Assembly: GCA_973895155.1 (NCBI GenBank)
Contig: OZ316892.1
Span: 4,920,510 to 4,984,509 of the forward strand
Origin: Marsupella aquatica
Lineage: Eukaryota; Plantae; Marchantiophyta
Direction of reading: 5' to 3'
Length of the DNA stretch: 64,000 bases
The position numbers and the translations under genes were made by a program. Shown here in pieces: positions 53,911-64,000 of this stretch (positions within the stretch are counted from its first letter, which is position 1; each line of letters begins with the position of its first letter). The notes below the pieces were generated by a model. It saw only the letters and a program-made list of their open reading frames with translations, was not told the DNA's origin and made no database searches.

Positions 53911-55830
53911 ATTAAAAAATTCTGCAAGATTTGGTCTTCATCTCAGGAACGAGTTATCAGGCTAATAGCATCTACTTTAGAACAAGATTCAGACATTAAA
54001 TTGCTGTACAGTCGCTACTATCTAACTATATAATTATGATGATAGCTTATCATTAGGATGCACTCTCTATTGCCAAACCTCTAGACCCTGAAGTTGGAGT
54101 ACCCTGAGAATGGGGCAGGGTGAGGCTCTGAAAATGAATGTGCCCACCTTTATCTATGTTCAAAGAATGGACCAGGCTTGAATGTTCTCACCTTTTTATA
54201 TGTTCACAGAAGGAGCACTAGGGCTATTCCTATCATGCTTGTAAAAACAGAGTGCCCAGCTTTTAAGAAAATGAGTGCAAGTAAAAAATGGGTAGAGTAA
54301 GCTATCCCCCTTGGGGAATAATAAGTGTAGCATGGAATAAGCTATCCCCCTATGGAATAATAAGCGTAGCATAATCTTCAATGAAAATGGTATTGAGCCA
54401 GCAGTGCCACAATGAGAATTAATCAATATGAATAGTGCACTTTATGAGACTTAATCCTTATCCTACAGTTTAGAAAAATAGTAATGGCAAATTAATTGTA
54501 ATCTTAATACATATAAAATACCAATTACAAGCTAGAGTTGTTGGTTTAGGTTTCTAGAGTGAAACTTTTAGATTGTAACTCCATGGTTCATCATGTGGAT
54601 AGTAAATTTCATGTCTATGATATATGTCAAATTACAATCATATATTTCTTTTGTCATCATTTCTATTAGCATTTAAAAATATGTTCTATGCCCCCACCTT
54701 AACATATGTGTATAGAACCAGAGATGAGAATAAAAAAGAATATGGATGTTAAAATAATGACATGCATGATGTTTTTTTTAATATTAGAATGTGAGTTAAG
54801 TATATATTTTGGTGATATTTTTATTGTCTTCCTCTCTATTCTATTCACGTGGGGCTAGTCAAATCTTCAAATTTGAAGCTCACGAATGAGAAATTGAAAC
54901 ACACCAGTTGTAGCAATGAGAAATTTAAACACCCAATTGTAGTAAAACCAGGCAACAGGATGGATCTCTAAACCTGCTATATCAAGTCAACACTTGAGAC
55001 TTACCCTCGAGAGAATTGACCTTGAAAAATCCAGTCCATCACCTCGAAGTAAAGTTGGAGAGTAAAGATCATTTGTACTTCTGTAAGCTACGAACAAGAA
55101 GCATATGCACATTCTGAAATCCTGCAATTCAATTGCAATCGTGTTCAATCTGCAATCACAAAGTCGTGATGTACAGTCCAAAATTCATCATCGTAGTGTT
55201 CTGTAGAATCATCAAATCTCAAGGTGCCCTTGACAATCGCCTTGGTCCACTCATCAAACCTTTTAAGATTACGAAGCTAGACCCCGATTTGTCTCTCCTG
55301 TGCCCTCGATAAATTAATATGTTCCCCTCAAATTCCGCCGACACGTAAATACACCAACCCACGAGCTCCAACGCGAGTGATGATATGTTTGTCGTGAATG
55401 TTGTCATGTTCCGCCCCCCTTCCCCTAGATGTACACGTCGTCTGATGAAGTGGACTGTGGACATCTTTTCCTGTTTTTGCTGGCGCCAGACTAACTATTC
55501 GCAAGCCAAAACTGATCGTGCACTGTGCGGGAATCAGAACTCTCCTCGATCAGTCGTCTCTTGTATTCGATTTCTCTAGCTGGGGAGCACTCGAGCCACA
55601 CAGTGAGCAACATTGATAATTAACCACACCGTGGTGAGTGAAGTGTTGGGTCACATATATAGTTAGCGAAGCTAGCTCAAAGTGGAGTTTCTTCAACCCC
55701 AGCTGCTCTATCGATGTCTACGAATCAGTGACAAGGTCGTCTGGAAGAGCGTCCGGTGCAGCAGCTGTTTCTGACTGGTTTGGTCAGTAGATTTGACAAA
55801 GTCGATGCTAGAAGTGTTTCGACAGAAGCG

Positions 55831-58593
55831 ATGGTGTCGACCTTGCCCGCAATGAAGCAAGCAAGCAATGTATTTGGCCAGTTTCCTCTCAAGGAGCCTT
55901 TATCAGTGGCATCCTCGTCTGCTGTGCCTGTGGAAGAACTGAATACTGGACTTCTGGCCGAGATTCTGAGGAGGGGGGATGCTAAACAGGTTCCGGAGCA
56001 ATACTTGGTGGAGGAGGAAGAGCGCCCTACGGTCTCGTACGACCAATGGGCAGATCTGCCGATTATAGATTTCTCGGACCTAGGCGCGAACGAGGCTGCT
56101 TTGGCTGGAAAGATCGGAGCTGCGTGTCGAGAGTGGGGATTTTTCCAGCTTGTCAACCATGGCATTCCCCTGGAGAATGTGCTGGCGTTCCGGGATCAGG
56201 GGTTAAAGTTCTTTGGATTGCCAGCTCAGATGAAGAACAAAATGATCACGGACAAGAATTTCTGTCAGTACCGGGCCAATCATCTTGACAAGGACCTCGG
56301 GCACACGAACTTGCTCTGGGCTGAGAGCTTGGCTTTCAAGTACAAGCCTGTCTTCAATTTGGACGAGCTCATAGTAAAAGTCTGGCCCGAGGGAAATTCA
56401 GAATTGAGGTACGTAAGACTACCTAGACCTCCCTCGATCCCTTGAACTGTTTCAATGACCGAGCCACAATCATGCAATTTCATTCTCAAGTGAAAATCAG
56501 TCATGTCCTGCATATTCCCAGGGTTCTTTTCTTTCATTGTCATAAGACTTGTTGGGGCAAATGATGAAGCCCACACGGCCCATCTAGAAATTATCATGCA
56601 GCTGGCCACGATGACAAAGGCTTTAACGGGAAATATTGATTCAAGCGCGTCCCCAAAGCAGTTTCCCTTTAACTCACGAGCCATCATCTACGGAGGAAAA
56701 TGTAGCTGTGGCCGTATTCAGAGTGGAAGATCGACTGGAAGATCGAGCATCTATATTTACGTCCCGGGACAGTTTGTTCGATTGACCATTTTCCAAGACC
56801 TGCCCTCCTGATCGAGCAGAAAGGGTTACAACTTTGCATGCCCACCTAATTTAACCTTCTTACGGGCCAACAAATGAAATGTGTCTGAGAACTGATTCCA
56901 TCAATATAGCTGGCGTGTTCATGCACATACCATATAGCTCTAGAGACCAATCTTAATCTGTCGATGTCGAGATCTTGTACGTGGCTTTCCAAAAAGTTAC
57001 GGCTAGAAGCTGTAAACATAAGAGTGTAGCTAGACAGACGGGAGTATCTAGACCAAGAATCCTTTCAATTCTTAATGTTTTCTTTTGCGCCTCATGTCGA
57101 AAAACGTGTTAATCAATCGCAAGTTTATGAGCACGCAACTTCATGAACACAACATGCAAAGAGACAGTTAAAACACGTCTCAGTGTTTCGTATCCACCAA
57201 TGAAAGTTTCAATACGCCGCAGGAGTTGACGCGCGGACGGAATTCTTTTCGTGTTAGGGTCGATCAGGCTAGGGAACACTGGCAAAAGAGTATTATAATG
57301 TTTCGAACGGGCGGGACTCCTTTAATTTGATTGAATTGCGTTCTCTTACAGTCATATCTTTGCACGACATTGCCAATCGTTGATGTTGACAAGTACCGGA
57401 TGACAGCATCAGCTCTCTTCAAGAATTATAGGAATTGAGAGCATCACACATACGAAATTTTGTGTGCACAAAGTCATGCAGACATCCTTCTCGGACCCTA
57501 GCCTGAGATCGAGAGTTGAGGGTTTCGATTGAGATTAGGACAGATTTTCGAAAAGTGTTGTGTGCCGAGCTGACGAATTTCTTGTACGTGGCTGATGCAT
57601 TCAGGAACATCAGCCTGAACTTTGCAAGTGCGGTGGAAAAACTCGGCGACGAACTGCTGGACCTGTTCGCGCTGAGTCTTGGGCTTCCGAGGGACTGCTT
57701 TCGGAAGCATTTTGAAAAGAGGAGGGCTTTGTTTCTTCGATGGAACTATTATCCACCCTGCCCACAACCTTCTGCCGCTCTTGGGATTAAAGGCCATACG
57801 GACCCTTTCGTGTTCACTGTCCTACAGCAGGACGAAGTTGGAGGTCTACAGATTAAGAGGGACGGACATTGGCTAGGTGTCAGGCCAGTTGAAGGCGCCG
57901 TTGTCATCAATGTCGGCGACCTGCTTCAGGTCAGCTTCTTTTGTTCCAAGTATTGCCAGTACCAAGACATGAATATCAGTTTTAGCTTGCAATCAATCAA
58001 GTCAAAGCAACATTTCTTTTCTTTATGACTGCGAACACTTCATCCAACCAAGAGACATCAAGACGATGAAGTACGTTCTGCCGAATGGACAAGTAACAAG
58101 ATGGAAATCTAGGTGGTCCCTTCTTTCTATCCTTGTATTGAAACCAATGATTGTGACTTCCATGGGTCTTGAAACGAATAAATGAGCAACAAGACGCACA
58201 TAGATTAACGTCTAACACCTGGTGAATCTGGAGGCAAGTTCTGAAAATTTAAACTTGTCGCTTCGCTTATTGAGTTCAAAGTTTGTAATCTGTTGATGTC
58301 ACCCGCAGGCTTGGACCAACGACATTTTCAAAAGCGTGGAGCATCGAGTGGTTGTAAACAAGGAAAGAAATCGTCTCTCAGTTGCAGCTTTCACAAATTT
58401 AGCTGATGTGAATTTGTCTATGGTACCTCCTCCGGAGCTGATCGATAAGAACCATCCTCCTGTTTACCGGCCATTTACATTCGGGGAATTCTTGAAGACT
58501 AAGTATCGACCGGGTAATGAGACCGAACGAGTGCCCATCGGCCAGGGCCTACGAGTTCTCGAGAAATTCAGACTACCTACGTCGAAACTTTGA
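55831..58593 (+). CDS. 2-oxoglutarate/Fe(II)-dependent dioxygenase (DOXC class), about 395 aa
   Basis: Exons 55831-56408, 57605-57929 and 58309-58593 total 1188 nt. Motifs LPIIDFS, ACREWGFFQLVNHGIP, NYYPPCP, HTD, VEH, RLS. Substrate cannot be assigned from the sequence. Confidence 0.95.
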
Positions 58594-59002
58594 AATCTGA
58601 ACCTGCCAGGTTAAGGTTTGGTTGGAAAAGAATCGGAAAACGAAACACCTTATGAATCTTCAAAGCCATTTATGGGACAGACATTCAGGCTGAAAAACTC
58701 CTGGAATTACAGTATGGTGCCTCTGGCTTACACATTTTTTCATCGGAGATCGATGATTGTACTAATTATGAATTGAGAATATTGTGTAGTACATATGAGT
58801 CATGCCGAATCACGTGTGCAAATTGTGACTGGAAATCGGGCGATGCTCACGCCATCTTGTCACGGAATTCTTGACTCGAGTTAAGATGGGACGAATTCTA
58901 GAGTCACGGCGAAAATCAAGCGGATGGAGATTTCCTGGACCCTTCGGTTACTACGCACGACACATTTGCGGCAGACCAGAATTCGTTTGAAAGGATTCTA
59001 CT

Positions 59003-59150
59003 CATACTACAAAGAAAGAGACAAGATGCACCATACAGTGTTTGATACTCCATAATTTAATCACCGGTATCCAGGCATACTACAAAGAAAGAGACAAGAT
59101 GCACCATACAGTGTTTGATACTCCATATTTTAATCACCGGTATCCAGGCA
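59003..59150. repeat. 73-bp tandem duplication
   Basis: catactacaaagaaagagacaagatgcaccatacagtgtttgatactccata(a/t)tttaatcaccggtatccagg occurs twice. Confidence 0.92.
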
Positions 59151-59496
59151 ATCATGATTTCTCTCTGTAGCTCCATCTACAGTACTTATCTGCTTATGTC
59201 TTGAGCTAGAGGAGATATATCAGTGAATTTGAACCCTGCTGGCTGCAATTAATTAGTAGTGACAAAAACGGGAGTTACTCCACATTTGCACATAGATTTC
59301 TCCCCATGACAGTGCAATTTAGAGACATTCACAAACCACACAACATTAGAGCTACGTGGTGCATCGAGAGATACCCGATTTTTCAGATTCGAAACCTCGA
59401 ACGATGGAATACTCACCACTGTAAACACCAGATGTTTGACACATGGGCACTTAAGTAAGATAACGATATATATTTCATGCACTTCTATATCCACAG

Positions 59497-60085
59497 GTTG
59501 CAGTCCCGGTTGCAGTGGTAACACCAGATGTTCACGAAGTGTGCAGAGTCGCATAGGGGCGCACAAATCAGTAGCTGGTGCTGTCTTGGCTGCAGGCATC
59601 TAATTGTCTTATTGCACGATGCAAGATGACATCTCTGAAGGGTCAGCTGAAGTTAGAGTACTTTTCTTTGGACACTACCTACACTACGAGGAACCTCGTA
59701 GTGTACCCTCGTAGTGTACCCTCGTAGTGTATTAAGAGGGGGCAGTCTCCATTTATATATTCGTTCGCCCTAAGATGAATGGGATGCCATAGTTAATTAG
59801 AAGCTACACCTCAGCTCCAAAAAGGTGTGGTGTGCCATCACAAAAGAGCCTAAACTCGAGCCTAAATGAATGCACTCGCGGGCATTTTGTGCCGGGTTTT
59901 GTGCTGGAGCACGCATGAAACGAGATGCCGTATTATTGTGATCTTTGCCTATGTTTCACTGCAATGGCTGGTCCTATAACTGGATATTTGCTGCCACCAC
60001 CATCTGCACAAGAGAAGTCTCTCCTACCCGTTTTTCCGACGCAATATCAAAGTATAAGATGACACACATGATGTGTGGAGGTACG
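59497..60085 (+). pseudogene. Decayed acyl-activating enzyme (AMP-binding; AAE1/AAE5-12-like acyl-CoA ligase) fragment
   Basis: Collinear broken-frame pieces: VAVVTPDV, VAGAVLA, HDAR, SAEVRVLFF, DEWDAI, YTS/APKGVV.HH.RA, LPMFHCNGWSYNW..TICTREVSP..SDAISKYKMTHM.CGG. Many stops, frameshifts and deletions. Confidence 0.8.
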
Positions 60086-61638
60086 TCCCACGGTTCTGAA
60101 GATAAGAGCAAACTCTCAAGAGCACAAGGGAAGGCCAGTGCCAAATGGGGTGCCAAAACCCAGTTGCAATTAGAATGCCGGAGCAGCTACAGCAATCCTT
60201 ACCCACATTGAATGTTTTTCCATAGATTCCCATCGGGGAAAACTTAGTCGGCTTGCTGTCATGGTTGCCAGGGAGTATCACTTCCATGCGAAAACATAAG
60301 TAGCATTGAAGTGGAACCCATATTGCAGACAGCATTTGTGGCTCGTCCTCATAAGTCCTGGGGACAAGCCCCAATGCACGTCCATTTTTGTCACTCTTAA
60401 AGAATTCTGATCCTGCACAGAACTTGAAAGTTCTGAAGTGATCAATCTCCGGGAAAAGATATCATTAAGTGGTACAGGGAACTACGATTCTCTTCATCAT
60501 CCCTCGCTCAGTTGTGTGTTTGGGAACTTGCCGAAAACTACAGTAGAACAGGTGAAGAGCATAAAATCCCAGGCTTCGGTAGCGTCTACAAAGATTGAAG
60601 GCAAAACGTAAGGTATAGCCATCTTGGACTTCGAATGCCTTTCTTGGAAAGGAAATTGAACTCAACGAGATGAATTTATAGACCACAGGTCGGGCAAAGG
60701 GACAGAGTTGATGCACAGAGAGAGAAACTCTAGGAGCCAGGTTGCAATCCAGAACTCGTCAATCAAAGTTTCTGCTGCACAATCAAAGGCATCACAGCAA
60801 TCCACTCACTCCTCCGAGAATTCTGAATGAGAGTGCCGTCATCATCCTCCACCTGAAACTGCCAACATCAAGACCAAACACATTGATCAGGAGGACATGA
60901 ACAATTGTCCACTGATTACAACCTCAAAACGGTTGTCGGTCCTTCAGCAACTAGGCTAGCACAACGAGAAAAAGGGAATAAATTCCGCAAACGGAGTCTC
61001 GACGAAGGTGAGGTTCGAACCTTCGCCGAACAGATTTCCCCCAGCTCCACCTCCTAAATATACTCCTACTCCATATTTACGGGTACTCTCCATGATCCGA
61101 AGATGGTCATGGACACAATCATGTCCACGCATTCACGCACATCAAGCCATGTATGCACCCAGTCATGACTCCATCATACGCACCCCATGACGTCACGATC
61201 TTGCGCAGTCGTACGTACGGGACCGTATGCCAGATTCTCGGCTGCACTAGTAAACAGGATTTACTCTGTTCATATCTTGCCACAAAGCGGAGATTACCGG
61301 TCTGTGCGCTAAAAACGAATTTCGTCCGCAGTTTCGTACTGTCGTGGTAACAGAAGCGACAAGATAATCACGCGTACTGCAGTGCAGGGGCACAGTAGGG
61401 TGCGTTTAGGGTGATGACGAGTGGCCGTCATTGGGATGGCGGCGGAGTGGCGGACAGAACCGACAGAGTATGTTGACGTTCACAGTTCCGACGTAGTCAC
61501 CTGCCCACAGTATGTTTTTTAAGGTTTTTACTTTTCGCCAGAGTGGCTAATGTCCAAACGTGTGTGGCGAATGTCTAGTGTGAGTGGTGAAAGAAAAAAT
61601 GCTCAAAATGTTTTTTATGGGATCAATTTTTTGATAGT

Positions 61639-61700
61639 CAGATCTACCTAGATTTGAGAATAACCACTCAGATCTACCTAAATTTGAGAATAACCATTAG
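61639..61700. repeat. 29-bp tandem duplication
   Basis: cagatctaccta(g/a)atttgagaataacca occurs twice. Confidence 0.85.
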
Positions 61701-63374
61701 ATTCTGGCTTATGGGACCTGTGATTGGGTGTAACACTGGCTAATGAGACAGAAAAATATTCGGGTCAAAAATGACTAAGGGCCGTCTTGCATGTAGGCGG
61801 TCTTTCAAAAAATGGTCTTTCAGACAAACTGTGGCAGCCCCTGAATGAACAAAACTGCCCCTGAACGAGGCCGTATTGACGGCACTAAACTAGGACTTGG
61901 AAGGGCAAGGCACGCAAACCTTGCAGCCCTTCACAGTCCCGACCTTTGATCTGCACATTCGACAATTGCAGCCTCAATCCCTTCTATTGCTCCCAGTAAA
62001 CTAAGTGGCACATAACAACAGAGGTGGACACAAGCCCCTCAGCACATCCAACACGTAACACAGGAGAGAATCGAGTTGTTAAACCAAATCCCTGATTCTA
62101 TGTAAGTTTCGTTTTGTGAAAGGCCGCATTCTTGAGGGCCGATGTACATGCAAAACAGCCCTAAATCTTTTTTGGGGAGGTGAAATTTGGCCACTAAAAA
62201 AAAACCTGCCCTGCCCAACATGTTCCCTTTTGTGCTTTGGTACAGGGCTACAGCCAGGGCCCCCAAATATATATATGTAACTGCACATGAACAGAAAGGC
62301 CTAACCGGGAGACATGATCCCAAAGTCAAAAACACAATAAAGGGGGAAAACAAACTAAGAAAAAAAGTGGGAAATTTGAAGTACATTTGATTTTTAAAAA
62401 CTCTATGATTTTTATAATTCTCAAAAATATTTTAAAATAATAATAATTTTAAAAATAATAATTTATGTATATCTTAGAGTATTTATTCCCCAAAACTTTG
62501 TGCATTATACGAGAGCGCCCTTGAGTTGCCTTGGGCAATATTCTGTTATACTTTGATATTCTATACTACTTCAAGGATCCAAATTCAAATTATAGAAATT
62601 ATATCCTATATTTGGTGCCAGTGAACCGCCATCTAAAGTTGATATTGTTGAGTTCACCCAACCCGTCTAATTTTCTCTTGTCATTTCTTGTGCTTTTATG
62701 GATGCACAGTTCAGATTTGTATGGGGATATAGGACACTTCTCCCCTCATTTTCCTAAAAATAGCATCGTACCATTTAACTGTAGCCACTCTAAACTTGAG
62801 CTGCAGCCCTGGTTTTGGGGGGCTCTATGGCCCATAATGTGGTCTTACTAGGGCATTGAGACATATAAAATGGGGACAACCTGATAATTTAACGAGTTTT
62901 GGGAGTAGGTTAATCATTTTGACCAGTTTGAGGGCAGGATACACTTGTTTTTTGGGTATTTTTGGGAACTCCCTAAAGTTACCCTTTTGTGGGCAGCTAG
63001 GCATCTTAAAACTCCCTCAAGGTGTGTCTCCGACTTGAACCAGCTGAAGAGGCACTATTGTAAAGAATAATGATAAAGTTTTGCTCCGACTTCAAATGAG
63101 CTTGAGAGGCACTGTAGTGACAATAATAATAACTAAGTGTTGCTCCACAACCTGCGGGCCAGGGGCAGTCTACCACCATGTCTAAGTGCAGGGTCCCAGG
63201 AAGACACCCCAAGCTGGCACTTATCATTGTTGTGCATAATGTCATAAGTACATTGATTGTTGCTTATGCACTTATCTGTATGTGCATGTTGCACTACCCA
63301 GTAAGTGCATGTGAAATGGCTTATCCACTTCCTCATCCATGTTCTCATGTTATTACCCAAACTACCCCATACCC

Positions 63375-63500
63375 CCAGGTTTGATCTGACGGGCACCTTG
63401 ACGCCTTGTCGGGCAAGTCAAATTGTCAAGTGACGGTCCAAAAATGACCAATTTGACGGATATTCGAAAAGATTCTCCCGAACTCACCTGAACCTGAACT
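63375..63500. mobile_element. Terminus of a hAT-family element related to 29861-30192 and 30784-31225; other end not seen in the window
   Basis: CCAGGTTTGATCTGACGGGCACCTTGACG...CAATTTGACGGATATTC aligns over about 110 bp with the reverse complement of 30080-30192. Confidence 0.75.
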
Positions 63501-64000
63501 TATTTATTTGTCTTTTTTAGTGCTGTTGACCCGCTATTATTGTTGCATTTACATAGAAAAGCCCGGTAATATTAGGGGGCTACTCAACCGGCCTGAAGTT
63601 ATAGCACTTATACACGACAGACTGTACAATGCAATTGTAGCCAGCAGCAGCAGCTCTTTAGATTCTCCTGAGGCAGATGAGGCTGATGATGAGCAGAGTC
63701 CTGGCAGCTAGACAGCCTACACTTTTCATTCGAGCCGGCAAAAAAGCAAATGCAATTCCCCTCAGGTGCATCTAGTCCTCCTTCTCACTCATCTCATGAG
63801 CCTCCCCTTCTGCCTCCCCCTCTGCCCCTCTGCCTCCCCCTCCCCCCTTTCCTCGTCAGCAGAGCAGCGTGTGAAGGAGATCGTCAAGTAGAATGCTTGG
63901 AACAGATTGTGGGTGTGTCGAGATATATACGAGAAGAGAATTGTTTGTAAAGCCCATCTTGCTGGTGCTTAGTTCCCGAGAAGAATGCTTGGAAGAGATT

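Noticed and set aside
16102-58593. Apparent metal-related cluster (HMA1, Mn-dependent hydrolase, Mn-binding germin, Fe dioxygenase)
   Set aside because: Metalloproteins are common. These genes are spread over 40 kb among TEs, target different compartments, and share no regulatory motif that I could see.
60421-60611. Open frame after an acceptor-like CTGCACAG (ELESSEVINLREKISLSG...)
   Set aside because: No recognisable homology and no compatible upstream exon.
61000-61030. GGTTCGAACC B-box/T-arm-like hairpin
   Set aside because: No convincing D-arm, A-box or acceptor stem on either strand, so it is not called a tRNA.

Overview
Eukaryotic nuclear DNA from a land plant, with GT-AG introns and plant gene families. 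Gene and TE style suggest a non-seed plant such as a liverwort, but that is inference only. Genes reconstructed by hand: the 3' part of a HAD-superfamily hydrolase-like gene (1-1387, +); CDC48/p97 (5721-9922, +, 9 exons); a P1B-4 heavy-metal ATPase of the HMA1 type (16102-22693, +, 13 exons); a 12-exon Mn-dependent ADP-ribose/CDP-alcohol diphosphatase-like gene that appears in the ORF track only as scattered fragments (27087-23886, -); an intronless F-box gene; an intronless germin-like gene; a 3-exon 2-oxoglutarate/Fe(II) dioxygenase; and a decayed acyl-activating-enzyme pseudogene. Intergenic DNA holds many transposon relics: hAT-type MITEs with 8-bp TSDs, CACTG-ended elements flanked by TA, two fragments of restriction-like-endonuclease (CRE-like) non-LTR retrotransposons, a Ty3/Gypsy pol plus LTR interrupted by a CACTA element, a MITE carrying a tRNA-like sequence, and many short tandem duplications. 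I found no clear new multi-gene system. The best leads are the micro-exon-rich ADPRibase-Mn-like gene, a candidate alternative C-terminal exon of CDC48 that would remove its terminal HbYX motif, and several unusual TE architectures.
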